Source: Spirochaetia bacterium
GTDB taxonomy: Bacteria > Spirochaetota > Spirochaetia > SZUA-6 > Bin103
Reading direction: 5' to 3'
Length of the DNA: 64,000 nt
NCBI GenBank assembly: GCA_965203905.1
Contig: CBDBDQ010000005.1
Span: 864,001-928,000, forward strand
The notes under the pieces are model-generated. The model was not told the origin of the DNA, made no database searches, and saw only the letters and a program-made list of their open reading frames with translations. Of this stretch, positions 1 to 10,556 are shown piece by piece. Made by a program: the position numbers and the translations under genes. Every line of letters starts with the position of its first letter. Position 1 is the stretch's first letter.

Positions 1-127
1 GAGCCGCTGAGTTGTCGTCGGAATGTAGCGACGGATACAGGCAAGCTGCAAGGAGATCACCGAAGGCCGGGTGCAGACTCTCTCGGCAGGTGATTCGAAC
101 AGTCATCTCACTTCCAGGAGAACACCA

Positions 128-2176
128 ATGAAACGTATTTCGATTTTCGTTGCGATCCTCGCCGCGGCGGTGGCCGTGCTCGGGTTCGCGGGCGCCGAGG
201 GCGAAGCGGCCGCCGAGGCGTCCGACGAAGGAATGGCGAGCTTCATGGAGCTGCCGGTCGCGGGCCAGGCCGAGTACAACCTCGACGACTACACGCGGCT
301 CACCGGCACGGCCATCACCAGTTTCAGCGAGTCTCCGTTGCTGGCCGAGCGGGTGGCGGCCGGGGAGCTGCCGGCGGTGGCGGAACGGCTGCCGCAGGAC
401 ATCCTGGTGCGCGTGCCGCTGAACGAGATCGGCAAGTACGGCGGCACCATCACGCTGCCTATCGCCAATCTCTCCAACCCGTTCCCGGGCAACCAGATGA
501 TCACCGACATGCTGTTCGTCCTCGACCTGCGCAACCCGGGCATCGTGGCGCCGGGGGTGGCGAGCGGCTACGAGGTGTCGGCCGACGGCAAGACCTTCAC
601 CCTGCACCTCAGGGAGGGCATGAAGTGGTCCGACGGCGCGCCCTACGGCGCCGACGACTTCCTGTTCTGGTGGGAGGACGTCACCCTCAACGAGGAGCTC
701 ACCCCCAGCGTGCCGTCGATCTGGCGGCCCGACGACCAGTTGGTGGCGATCAGCAAGGTCGACGACCTGACCGTGCAGTACGTGTTCCAGTCGGCGCAGT
801 TCAACGCTCCGTACTACTTCGCCCAGAACGATCACATCGCCGCCCAGCAGGGCCGCAGCTACCTGCCCCGGCACGCGCTGGAGCAGTACCACATCAAGTA
901 CAACGCCGACGCCGGCAAGCTGGCGGCCGAGGCCGGCTTCGAGGAGTGGTGGCAGTTGTTCCGCGAGCAGGCGCGCACCGCCTACGGCACCCAGGTGGTG
1001 GAGGGGATGCCGGTAGTGGTGCAGTACATCCTGGAGTCGGAGTTCGAGAACGGCCGCACCTACGTGCGCAACCCCTACTACCACGGCATCGATCCGGCCG
1101 GTAACCAGCTTCCCTACATCGACCGGGTGCGCACCATCGCCCACGAAGACAACATGCAGACCCTCAAGCTGCGCACCATCGCGGGCGACTACGACTACTC
1201 GCCGTTCACCCTCAACACCACCGATCTGCCGCTGCTGGCCGAGAACGCGGAGCAGGGCGGGTACCGCGCGTTCCTGGGGAAGGGCGGCTTTCCCAACGAT
1301 CAACCGCTGCTGATCAACCAGAACAACCAGGAGCCGGTGCTCGGCGACCTGCTGCGCGACAAGAAGTTCCGCCATGCCCTGTCGTTCGCCATCAACCGCC
1401 AGGAGTTGGTTGACGTGGTAGCCCTGGGCATGGCGACCCCGACCCAGACCACCGTCAATCCCGCCCACAGCCTGTTCGAGCAGCGCTACGCCGACGCCTA
1501 CATCGATTACGACCCGGAGCAGGCCAACCAGATCCTCGACGAGCTGGGCCTGACCGAGCGCGACGGCGAGGGATTCCGGGTGATGTCCAACGGCAAGACC
1601 CTGTCGCTGCTGCTGGAGCCGACGACCACCTTCTCGGGCAGCGTCGAGACCGCCGAGCTGGTGAAGGAGTACTGGGAGGCGATCGGCATCAAGATCGCGA
1701 TCAAGACCGGCACCTACGGCACCGTGTTCGGGCGCGGCGGCAGCGTGCCCAACGGCACCTTCCACGTCACCCTCGTGCTCACGGACTTCGGCGCCGAGAC
1801 CATGTGGCGCACGCCGGGCTACTGGAACGGCCCGCGCAACGTGATGCGCATCAACTGGTCGGCGCCGCTGTGGGACCAGTGGTGGCAGACCGACGGCGCC
1901 GAAGGCATCGAGCCGCCGCCCGAGATAGCGCGCATCTTCGACCTGGCCGAGAACATGTACCGTTTTCCCGACGACGAGTGGCGCGCGGCCGGCAAGGAGA
2001 TCCTCGACTGGTGGGCCGAGAACTTCTATACCATCGGCACCTTCGGCTATCAGCAGGCGCCGATGACGGCCAGCGTCAAGCTCGGCAACGTCGACTTCGA
2101 GACCTACCACACTGCCCCCGCGGACTTCGGCAAGGGCTACGTCTACCGCCTGTGGCAGTTCTACTGGAAGGAGTAG
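128..2176 (+). CDS. ABC transporter substrate-binding protein, family 5 (OppA/DppA-like, probably oligosaccharide-binding)
   Basis: AGGAG RBS before ATG128; signal peptide; LREGMKWSDG, RNPYY and FRHALSFAINR motifs. Confidence 0.93.
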   Translation: MKRISIFVAILAAAVAVLGFAGAEGEAAAEASDEGMASFMELPVAGQAEYNLDDYTRLTGTAITSFSESPLLAERVAAGELPAVAERLPQDILVRVPLNEIGKYGGTITLPIANLSNPFPGNQMITDMLFVLDLRNPGIVAPGVASGYEVSADGKTFTLHLREGMKWSDGAPYGADDFLFWWEDVTLNEELTPSVPSIWRPDDQLVAISKVDDLTVQYVFQSAQFNAPYYFAQNDHIAAQQGRSYLPRHALEQYHIKYNADAGKLAAEAGFEEWWQLFREQARTAYGTQVVEGMPVVVQYILESEFENGRTYVRNPYYHGIDPAGNQLPYIDRVRTIAHEDNMQTLKLRTIAGDYDYSPFTLNTTDLPLLAENAEQGGYRAFLGKGGFPNDQPLLINQNNQEPVLGDLLRDKKFRHALSFAINRQELVDVVALGMATPTQTTVNPAHSLFEQRYADAYIDYDPEQANQILDELGLTERDGEGFRVMSNGKTLSLLLEPTTTFSGSVETAELVKEYWEAIGIKIAIKTGTYGTVFGRGGSVPNGTFHVTLVLTDFGAETMWRTPGYWNGPRNVMRINWSAPLWDQWWQTDGAEGIEPPPEIARIFDLAENMYRFPDDEWRAAGKEILDWWAENFYTIGTFGYQQAPMTASVKLGNVDFETYHTAPADFGKGYVYRLWQFYWKE

Positions 2177-2278
2177 GACCCGGCATCGCGATAGTCCGAG
2201 TACACTGGCCCGCGGGCGCCTGATGAGAAGCCACGCACAGGGATCGCCCGCCGGCCGGCATTTTCGGGTCAGGGCCAC

Positions 2279-3277
2279 GTGAGCGCGTATCTGGCGCGCC
2301 GCTGCCTGCTGATGCTCACGCTCATGGTGGTGCTGTCGGTGGTGGTGTTCGTGATCATCCAACTGCCGCCGGGCAACTACGTGTCGACCTACGCGGAGCG
2401 GCTGCAGGCCAGCGGCAACCCGGCGGACCAGGCCACGCTGGACGCGCTCAACCGCCAGTACGGCTTCGATCTGCCGCTCTACCGGCAGTACCTGCGCTGG
2501 TTCGTGAACTTCCTCAAGTTCGACCTGGGCCGCTCCTTCGAGTGGCGCAAGACGGTGGCCCAGTTGCTGCGCGAACGGGTCCCCATCAGCATCGCCATCT
2601 CGCTGTTCTCGCTGGTGGTGACCTACGCCATCGCGGTGCCGGTGGGCATCTACTCGGCCACCCACCAGTACTCGCTCGGCGACTACCTGTTCACCGGCAT
2701 CGGCTTCGTCGGCCTGGCGACGCCCAACTTCTTTCTGGCGCTGATCCTGATGTTCCTGGCGTTCAAGGTGTTCGACGTCAGCGTCATCGGCCTGTTCTCG
2801 CCGCAGTTCCTGGACGCCCCCTGGAGCATGGCCAAGTTCCTGGACATGCTGAAGCACCTGCCGGTCCCGATCATCGTCATCGGCACCGCGGGCACCGCCG
2901 GGCTGATCCGGGTTATGCGCGGCTGCCTGCTGGACGAGTTGCAGAAGCAGTACGTGATCACGGCCCGCAGCAAGGGCCTGCTGGAGCGCAGCATCCTGTT
3001 CAAGTACCCGGTGCGGGTGTCGATCAACCCGGTGGTGAGCACGGTGGGGTGGAGCCTGACCTACATCGTCTCCGGCGAGACCATCACCAGCATCGTGCTG
3101 TCGCTGCCCACCGTGGGACCGCTGCTGTACGGCGCGTTGCAGTCGCAGGACATGTACCTGGCGGGCAGCACCATCATGGTGCTCGGCCTGTTGACCTTCG
3201 TCGGCACCCTGATCTCCGACATCCTGCTGGTAGTGGTGGATCCGCGCATCCGCTACGAGAAGAGCGCCGCCGCATGA
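2279..3277 (+). CDS. ABC permease, OppB/DppB family
   Basis: DLGRSF, YVITARSKGL EAA-type loop, DPRIRY C-terminus; multiple TM segments. Confidence 0.93.
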   Translation: MSAYLARRCLLMLTLMVVLSVVVFVIIQLPPGNYVSTYAERLQASGNPADQATLDALNRQYGFDLPLYRQYLRWFVNFLKFDLGRSFEWRKTVAQLLRERVPISIAISLFSLVVTYAIAVPVGIYSATHQYSLGDYLFTGIGFVGLATPNFFLALILMFLAFKVFDVSVIGLFSPQFLDAPWSMAKFLDMLKHLPVPIIVIGTAGTAGLIRVMRGCLLDELQKQYVITARSKGLLERSILFKYPVRVSINPVVSTVGWSLTYIVSGETITSIVLSLPTVGPLLYGALQSQDMYLAGSTIMVLGLLTFVGTLISDILLVVVDPRIRYEKSAAA

Positions 3278-4404
3278 TGCGCGCCGCGACGATCCCCGGG
3301 GCCGAGGCCACGGCCGCCGACGAGAGACAGTTCATCGCCTCGCAGTGGCAGATCATGTACCGCAAGCTGCGCAGGCACCGGCTGGCGATGGTCGGGCTGA
3401 CGGTGCTGGCGGCGTTCTACTTCCTGGCCCTGTTCTGCGAGTTCTTCGCCGTCGCCGATCCCTACAAGCGCCATTCCCAGTACCTGTACGCGCCGCCGCA
3501 GCGGATCCGCTTCGTCGACCACGAGGGCACCTTCCACCTGCGCCCCTTCGTCTACGCCTACGAGCGCCACATCAACCCCAAGAGCCTGCTGATGACCTAC
3601 ACCGACGACACCTCGCGGCGCTACCCGCTGCAGCTCTTCGCGCGCACCGATCCGTACAAGCTGTGGGGCCTGTTCGAGTCGGATCTGCATCTGCTGGGAG
3701 TGCCGGAGGACGGCGTGCTGCTGCTGCTGGGCACGGACCGCCTGGGCCGCGACTTCTTCTCGCGGATCATGTACGGGCTGCGGATCTCGGTCTCGATCGG
3801 GCTGGTGGGGGTGGCCATCACCTTCGTGCTCGGCTGCATCATGGGAGGGATCTCCGGCTACTTCGGCGGCACCGCCGACGTGGTGGTGCAGCGCATCATC
3901 GAGTTCCTGATGGCGATTCCAACGATCCCGTTCTGGATGGCGCTCAGCGCCGCGCTGCCGCAGTTCTGGCCGGCGCTGCGGGTCTACTTCTTCATCACCC
4001 TGATCCTGTCGGTGATCAGCTGGACCGGGCTGGCGCGCGTGGTGCGGGGCAAGCTGATCAGCACCCGCGAGGAGGACTTCGTGATGGCCGCGGTGATCGC
4101 CGGGGCGTCGGCGGACGCGGTGATCGCCCGGCACCTGCTGCCCTCCTTCCTCAGCTACATCATCGTCAACCTGACGCTCTCCATTCCCGGCATGATCCTG
4201 GGCGAGACCGCGCTCAGCTTCCTCGGGCTGGGGCTGCGGCCGCCCGTGATCAGCCTGGGCGTGCTGCTGAAGGAGGCGCAGGACCTCAACATCATCGCCC
4301 TGTATCCGTGGCTGCTGCTGCCGGGACTGTTCGTGATCATCTTCGTCATCTCGTTCAACTTCATGGGCGACGGCCTGCGCGACGCCGCCGACCCGTACCG
4401 CTGA
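3274..4404 (+). CDS. ABC permease, OppC/DppC family
   Basis: ATGA overlap with the upstream gene; LGTDRLGRD, ETALSFLGLG, GDGLRDAADP. Confidence 0.93.
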   Translation: MMRAATIPGAEATAADERQFIASQWQIMYRKLRRHRLAMVGLTVLAAFYFLALFCEFFAVADPYKRHSQYLYAPPQRIRFVDHEGTFHLRPFVYAYERHINPKSLLMTYTDDTSRRYPLQLFARTDPYKLWGLFESDLHLLGVPEDGVLLLLGTDRLGRDFFSRIMYGLRISVSIGLVGVAITFVLGCIMGGISGYFGGTADVVVQRIIEFLMAIPTIPFWMALSAALPQFWPALRVYFFITLILSVISWTGLARVVRGKLISTREEDFVMAAVIAGASADAVIARHLLPSFLSYIIVNLTLSIPGMILGETALSFLGLGLRPPVISLGVLLKEAQDLNIIALYPWLLLPGLFVIIFVISFNFMGDGLRDAADPYR

Positions 4405-4423
4405 CGCAAAGGAGCCCAGTGCC

Positions 4424-6763
4424 ATGCCGGAGAACACCGCCCGAACCGCCACCGAACCGTACCGCGATCCGGACCAGCCGCTGCCGCGGCGGGTCGAGGA
4501 CCTGCTCGGACGCATGACCCTCGAGGAAAGGATCGCCCAGCTCCGGACCGGCTGGCCGATGTGCTACGGCTATGCCGTACGCGAGGGCCGAGTGACGCTG
4601 AACCGGGAGCTGGAGGCCGCCCTGGCGCCCGCCCCGGTGGGCCAGGTGGCCGCCCTGTTGCGCACCGACCCCTGGTTCGGGATCCCGCTGGAGCGGGCGC
4701 TCGCCCCGCGCCAGGGAGCGGAGCTGGTGAACGCGGTGCAACGCCATGCCAGGGAGCACGGCCGGCTGGGGATTCCGGTGCTGGTAGGCGACGACGGCCA
4801 ACACGCCCATCTCGGGGTCGACTGCACCATCTTCCCGGCGCTGTGCGGCATGGGCTGCACCTTCAACCCCGCGCTGCAGGAACGGATGGCGCGCGCCATG
4901 GCGGCCGAGATGCGGGCCCAGGGCCTGACTGTGCTGTACGCGCCGGACCTGGACGTGATCCGCGACCCGCGCTACGGCCGCTGCGAGGAGAACTTCGGCG
5001 AGGACCCTTACCTGGTGGGACGGATGGGGCGGGCCATGGTGCGCGGGTTGCAGGGTACCGACCTGAGCGACCTGAACAGCGACCACACCGTGGTGGCGTT
5101 GCTGCGCGCCTATCCCGGCATGGGGGACGCCGAGGGCGGGCACGACTTCACCCGCATGGGGCTGGGGCGGCGCGAGATGCAGGAGGTGGTGCTGCGGCCG
5201 TGGCGCGAGGCGATCGAGGAGGGCGCCCAGGGGGTGATGGCGGAGCGCGCCGAGTACGACGGCGACCCGGCGCCGGCCAGCAGCTACTACCTGAACGAGC
5301 TGCTGCGCGAGGAGTGGGGCTTCGAGGGCATCGTCATCGGCGATGCCGGCGCGGTGCGCTACCTGATCTCGCAGCGGGTGGCGGCGGACAAGGCGCAGGC
5401 GGCGGCGGCCGCGCTGCGCGCCGGGCTCGACCAGAACCTGTCCGACGTGGGCGTGGTGGACCACTCGCCCGGCGACCGGGGGTACGGCGAGGGCCTGCCG
5501 CAGGCGCTGGAACGCGGACTGATCAGCGAGGAGGAGATCGATCGCTCGGTGCGCCGCGTGCTGCGGCTGAAGTTCCTGCTCGGACTGTTCGAGGACCCCT
5601 ACGTGGATCCGCAGCGGGCGGCGCAGGTGGCGCGCTGCGCCGAGCACCTCTCGGTCTCCCTGGAGGCGGCGCGGCAGAGCATCGTGCTGCTGAAGAACGA
5701 CCGCGGCACCCTGCCGCTGGCCGCCGGCGTCGGCTCGATCGCGGTGGTCGGGCCCAACGCCGACGACAACTGGGCCCAGATCGGCGACCAGGCGCCCACC
5801 CACCGGCGCGAGCAGGTGGTGACCATCCTGGACGGCATCCGGGGGCGGGCGGCGGCGGCCGGGATCACGGTGCACCACGCGCCGGGCTGCGCGATCCGCG
5901 ATCCCTCCAGGGCCGGCTTCGAGGCGGCGGTGGCGGCGGCGAACGCCAGCGACCTGGTGGTGGCGGTGGTGGGCGACTCCTGCCGCATCCGCTATCCGCG
6001 GGCGGGCGAGACCAACGGCGCCCGCTCCGACAACACCGACTGCGGCGAGCACGTTGCACGCGCCACGCTGGACCTGTCAGGGGTGCAGGAACAGCTCCTG
6101 CAGGCGCTGCACGCCACCGGCAAGCCGCTGGTGGTGGTGCTGGTGCACGGTCGGCCGCTGTCGGTCAACTGGGTCGCCGAACACGCCGCCGCGGTGGTGG
6201 ACGCCTGGTATCCCGGCGACCGGGGCGGCACGGCGCTGGCCGAGGTGCTGTTCGGCGACTACAACCCCGGCGGCAAGCTGGCGGTGTCGTTTCCCAAGCA
6301 CGTGGGCCAGATCCCGGTCTACTACTACCACCGCCACCCCCGCCTGCGCTACGTCGAGATGGACGCCGAGCCGCTCTACCCGTTCGGGTTCGGACTGAGC
6401 TACACCACCTTCGAGTACCGCAGCATGCGCCTGGAACCCGCCACCATCGCCGTCGGCGAGAGCACCGAGGCGGTGGTGGAGGTCGCCAACACCGGCGCCG
6501 TGGCCGGCGACGAGGTGGTGCAGCTCTACCTGCGCGACGACCTCTGCTCCGTGGTGCGCCCCGAGCGCGAGCTGAAGGGGTTCCGGCGCGTGCACCTGCA
6601 ACCCGGCGCCACGGCGAGCGTGCGCCTGCCCCTCGGCCCCGACCAGCTCTGCTGCTACGGCGCCGACGAGCGCTGGGTGGTGGAGCCTGGCACCTTCACC
6701 GTCATGGTCGGCGGCAGCTCCACCGACCTCCCGCTCACCGCCACCCTGGAGACATGGCCATAA
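4424..6763 (+). CDS. Glycoside hydrolase family 3 (BglX-like) with C-terminal Fn3-like domain
   Basis: RDPRYGRCEENFGEDP, SIVLLKN, AWYPG, PLYPFGFGLSYTTF, EVVQLY, RELKGF. Confidence 0.93.
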   Translation: MPENTARTATEPYRDPDQPLPRRVEDLLGRMTLEERIAQLRTGWPMCYGYAVREGRVTLNRELEAALAPAPVGQVAALLRTDPWFGIPLERALAPRQGAELVNAVQRHAREHGRLGIPVLVGDDGQHAHLGVDCTIFPALCGMGCTFNPALQERMARAMAAEMRAQGLTVLYAPDLDVIRDPRYGRCEENFGEDPYLVGRMGRAMVRGLQGTDLSDLNSDHTVVALLRAYPGMGDAEGGHDFTRMGLGRREMQEVVLRPWREAIEEGAQGVMAERAEYDGDPAPASSYYLNELLREEWGFEGIVIGDAGAVRYLISQRVAADKAQAAAAALRAGLDQNLSDVGVVDHSPGDRGYGEGLPQALERGLISEEEIDRSVRRVLRLKFLLGLFEDPYVDPQRAAQVARCAEHLSVSLEAARQSIVLLKNDRGTLPLAAGVGSIAVVGPNADDNWAQIGDQAPTHRREQVVTILDGIRGRAAAAGITVHHAPGCAIRDPSRAGFEAAVAAANASDLVVAVVGDSCRIRYPRAGETNGARSDNTDCGEHVARATLDLSGVQEQLLQALHATGKPLVVVLVHGRPLSVNWVAEHAAAVVDAWYPGDRGGTALAEVLFGDYNPGGKLAVSFPKHVGQIPVYYYHRHPRLRYVEMDAEPLYPFGFGLSYTTFEYRSMRLEPATIAVGESTEAVVEVANTGAVAGDEVVQLYLRDDLCSVVRPERELKGFRRVHLQPGATASVRLPLGPDQLCCYGADERWVVEPGTFTVMVGGSSTDLPLTATLETWP

Positions 6764-6842
6764 TTGAGACGAAGCGATCACATGTGGGATTAGCATCAGA
6801 CTACTATCCGCTCAATTCACTCTGGCACAAACATCCCAATAG

Positions 6843-7166
6843 CATAGCGCGGACGAGCAGGAAGCCACTGAGCAAGGCGCGTGTGGGATCGCGATTCTTG
6901 TGGTGAGAGATATTCGGGGACATGAAGTCGTGGAACGATCGAGGAAGGGAACAGGGTTCGACTATTGGCTAGGTAAGCCGAACGACATGCCGTTCGCTGC
7001 AAAATCAAGGCTCGAAGTATCGGGAATTCGCCGGGGAAATACCCGCCGTGTCGCAGCTCGTGTCCACCAGAAAATCCGTCAGATATCGGTGTCCTCCAAA
7101 CGCCTTCCTGGAATCGTCGTAGTGGTCGAATTCAGCACGCCGTTGGCGAGGATGGTAGACCAATGA
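6843..7166 (+). pseudogene. Probable 5'-truncated small protein, possibly PD-(D/E)XK nuclease-like
   Basis: Frame reads DEQEATEQGACGIAIL..ERSRKGTGFDYWLG..RLEVSGI..VVVVEFSTP but is closed by TAG at 6840-6842; GC drops right after the GH3 stop. Confidence 0.55.
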
Positions 7167-8317
7167 GCAGCGTACTCGAACTTCATCACAAGGCAATGGA
7201 GTGGGCCGAGGAAGGTCAGTTTCAGCTCGACCGCGGAGACCAGTCGGGCGCGCTGGCATCGTTCCGTAAGGCGATGGAACTCGAGCGGGAGGCCGCCTAC
7301 GCTACCAATCAGGACGCGGAGCCCGACCGATCGGTGCTCTTCCGTAGCGCCGGTTCGCTTGCGTTGGATTGCAACGAGCTGCGGGTTGCCGAGCAACTCC
7401 TCGCGATGGGGCTCGCCGGGTATCCTCCCGAAGAGATCGCAGAGGAGATTCGCGATCTCCTGGAGCAGGTTCACTTTCGGCGGCACCTGGCAGTCCGCGG
7501 CCTGACGCTGGATGCTACCGAGATGCAGATGTCGATTGCGGGCGATGCGGTCGGTTTCGGTGTAGCAAGCAGCGATGAGTTCGTAAGCCGCGTCCGGGCC
7601 GCCGAAACGCTAGTTCTCCGTACTGTCGAACGAAGACTACAGTATCCTTATCGGGAAGGCGGAAATCCCAAGCACAGGCTGAGAGACAGATTCGGAGTTT
7701 TCTTGTCGGAGCCTCGAGCCGCGAGTTTCGCCTTCACGCTGAAGCTCGGCCGGCCAACGAAGCAGATGGATCTTTTCTCCGACGATGAGGCATCGGCAGT
7801 AATAGATGAAGTCCTTGATCTCCTAGAGGTTGTTCAAGCGAGAGATCGAGATGAATTGGCTCATCGGATTCCTGAACAACCGTACCGCGTTAACTTCAAT
7901 GCATTGGCCAAGAAGATCGCTCCCGACGGTGAAAGGGTATCCATGGTTGGATTGACTGCACATCATCCTGGCCGCATTCGAAGAGTTGCCTTCACAAGAA
8001 TCCGCAAAGAACTTGCAGACTTCGTACTGCCCGATAGTCCAAAAGAGAGTACCATTGACGCGTCAGACCGTCGTGTCACGGTACGGGGCGTTCTGCACTA
8101 CGCCAACGTGATCGGGCGTGAAGACACTATCAAGCTTGAGGACCAGAACGGATCTGTCTACGAAATCCTCGTGCCGGAAGGAATGATGACCGACATAGTG
8201 CGTCCACTGTGGGATGACGAGGTGATCGTGACCGGGACTCGTCGCCGTAAGCGAATCGAACTTGAGGACATTGTCCCCGTGGGCGAAGCCGACAACGAGT
8301 TTGAAGAGAATGACTGA
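7163..8317 (+). CDS. Hypothetical protein: TPR-like helical N-terminus, central ASF-motif domain, probable C-terminal OB-fold
   Basis: 384-aa ORF with ATGA overlap; EPDRSVLFRSAGSLA helical region; beta-rich tail VTVRGVL..EVIVTG. Confidence 0.75.
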   Translation: MSSVLELHHKAMEWAEEGQFQLDRGDQSGALASFRKAMELEREAAYATNQDAEPDRSVLFRSAGSLALDCNELRVAEQLLAMGLAGYPPEEIAEEIRDLLEQVHFRRHLAVRGLTLDATEMQMSIAGDAVGFGVASSDEFVSRVRAAETLVLRTVERRLQYPYREGGNPKHRLRDRFGVFLSEPRAASFAFTLKLGRPTKQMDLFSDDEASAVIDEVLDLLEVVQARDRDELAHRIPEQPYRVNFNALAKKIAPDGERVSMVGLTAHHPGRIRRVAFTRIRKELADFVLPDSPKESTIDASDRRVTVRGVLHYANVIGREDTIKLEDQNGSVYEILVPEGMMTDIVRPLWDDEVIVTGTRRRKRIELEDIVPVGEADNEFEEND

Positions 8318-8388
8318 CGATCCCGCTGCCGCCCTCGTCGAGGCGGACAGCTACGCTGCTCGTGACCCACGATCGACGCACCGCACCG

Positions 8389-8670
8389 TTATCGGTAGGG
8401 GTCGGCGGCGTCCCTGAGACCGTCGCCAAGGAAATTGAACGCCAGCACGGTAACGATGACCAGGAGGCCGGGAATCAGCAGCCAAGGATACAGGGCCACG
8501 ACGTTCACCTGCTGGGCGGACTTGAGCAGGGCGCCCCAGCTCACCGCGGGCGGACGAATGCCCAATCCCAGGAAACTGAGCGCGGTTTCTCCCAGGATCA
8601 TCGACGGCACGGCAGCGTCAGGTTCACCACCAGGTAGCTCATGAACGATGGCAACAGGTGCGCCACCCAC
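8389..8670 (-). pseudogene. Orphan 3' fragment of an OppC/DppC permease paralog
   Basis: HLLPSFMSYLVVNLTL / PSMILGETALSFLGLG..GDGLRDAADPYR* with a frameshift near 8610; no 5' part. Confidence 0.85.
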
Positions 8671-8852
8671 TGGCGGCCGCAGCCGCCCGCTGCCCGCATC
8701 TCCGCAGGCCGCCTGGGTCGCCGAGCACCGCGCGTTGTGTCAAGCTGGAGAGCCGCGCGGGCCCGCGGGGGGATGCCCTCCACAACACTTTGACAATGTC
8801 CCGCGTTGGCCAAAGAGGCGCCGAATCGGCGCATGGAGTAGAGGAGATCACG

Positions 8853-10514
8853 ATGCAGGATGCAGGGCACACATTCGTGGAGCGCGGGGAGCCGCGGCTG
8901 GTACGGGTGGCGTCCCTGGGCTGGGAGCGCGGCGACGGATACCTCGAGATCTACAACAAGAAGTCGCTGGTCTACGCGGGCCGCGCGGTGGGCGCCGGCG
9001 ACTTCCGGCTCAGCGCCCGGCTCACGGTGTGGAGCCACGACGACGGACCGACCTTCGTGGCCGGCACCGGCGACGTCGACCTGGAGGGCTTCGAGCGCCT
9101 CAGCTACGGCTACTGGCCGCGCGAGGTGCTGCGTCATCAGCATTTTTTCATAGAGCCCGAATGGTTCACGTGCGGCAAGCCGTTCAGCTTCGAGGTGATC
9201 CGCACGGGGGCGCGTCTCGAGATCCGCATCGACGGCGCCGTGATCCACACCTGTGGCTATGCCGGCGAGCGGTTCGGCAAGGTAGGGCTGTGCTCCTGGT
9301 TCCCCAGAATGAAGGAGAAGGCGGACGCGCTCACGCCCAACGACATCCCCCTGCCGGACATCGCCGAGCGCTACGCCGCGCTGGAGCGCGAGTCGCTGTG
9401 GATCCATGACTTCAGCCTGGAGGGAAGCAGCGAGCCCCTGAACTGGGACCGCGCCATGCCCACCGAAATCACCGTGCCCACCCTCGACCTGTCGGCCGAG
9501 AGCGGGCGCCAGGTGGTGCTGGCCCGCGAGCCCGGGCGCTACTTCGGCCATCCCGACACCGAGCTGATGGCCGACGGCCGCACCATGTTCTGCACCTTTC
9601 CGCTGGGCCACGGCGGGCCCGACTGCCTGCTGCAGAAGAGCACCGACGGCGGCCTCACCTGGAGCGAACCGCTGCCGGTGCCGGAGAACTGGAACACGGC
9701 AACCAATTGCCCCTGCATCCACCGGGTGACCGGCCCCGACGGCGTCGAGCGGCTGGTGGTGGTGGAGGGCAACGGTGCCATGCGCCAGTCGCTGTCGGCG
9801 GACGGCGGGGCGACCTGGACTCCCTTCCAGGAAAACGGCCTGCGCTGCATCGTGGTGCCCAATCGGCTGCTGCCACTCCCCGGCGGGCGCCTGCTGGCGG
9901 TGTACGTGGACCGCGGCGCACCCCCGAGCGGCCACGTGATCGTGCAGAGCACCAGCGCCGACGGCGGCCTTACCTGGGAGCCGCAGCGGACCATCCTGGA
10001 GCACGCCGACGCGCTGCCCGACGAGCCGGGGATGATCGCCTCGCCGGACGGCCGCCAGATCGCCGCGCTGATGCGCGAGCAGTCGCGGGCCTACAACTCG
10101 CTGCTGGTGACCAGCGACGACCAGGGCCGCACCTGGTCGCCGGCACGGGAGGTGGCGGCGGCCGTGACCGGGGACCGCCACAACCTGCGCTACGCCGCCG
10201 ACGGGCGCCTGGTGGCGGTGTTCCGCGACACCGCGTTCGACAGCCCCACCAAGTACCAGTTCGTGGCCTGGGTGGGCACCTACGACGACCTGGTGGCGGG
10301 CCGCGAGGGCCAGTACCGGGTGGTGCTGCTGCGCCACCACAACAACTTTCCGCCGTTCCGCACCGGCGACTGCGGCTACGCCGGCCTGGAGCTGCTGCCG
10401 GACGGCACCCTGGTCGCCACCACCTACGTCTGCCTGCGCCCCGGCGAGGGCAACTCGGTGGTCAGCGTGCGCTTCACCCTGGAGGAACTGGACGCCCGAG
10501 TCGCCGCGGGCTGA
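8853..10514 (+). CDS. BNR/Asp-box (sialidase-like) beta-propeller protein
   Basis: GAGGAG RBS; Asp-boxes STDGGLTW, SADGGATW, SADGGLTW, SDDQGRTW. Confidence 0.85.
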   Translation: MQDAGHTFVERGEPRLVRVASLGWERGDGYLEIYNKKSLVYAGRAVGAGDFRLSARLTVWSHDDGPTFVAGTGDVDLEGFERLSYGYWPREVLRHQHFFIEPEWFTCGKPFSFEVIRTGARLEIRIDGAVIHTCGYAGERFGKVGLCSWFPRMKEKADALTPNDIPLPDIAERYAALERESLWIHDFSLEGSSEPLNWDRAMPTEITVPTLDLSAESGRQVVLAREPGRYFGHPDTELMADGRTMFCTFPLGHGGPDCLLQKSTDGGLTWSEPLPVPENWNTATNCPCIHRVTGPDGVERLVVVEGNGAMRQSLSADGGATWTPFQENGLRCIVVPNRLLPLPGGRLLAVYVDRGAPPSGHVIVQSTSADGGLTWEPQRTILEHADALPDEPGMIASPDGRQIAALMREQSRAYNSLLVTSDDQGRTWSPAREVAAAVTGDRHNLRYAADGRLVAVFRDTAFDSPTKYQFVAWVGTYDDLVAGREGQYRVVLLRHHNNFPPFRTGDCGYAGLELLPDGTLVATTYVCLRPGEGNSVVSVRFTLEELDARVAAG

Positions 10515-10556
10515 CGCGAGAGGAGCTTGTCGGGCTAACCGACGAAGCGGCGCCCG

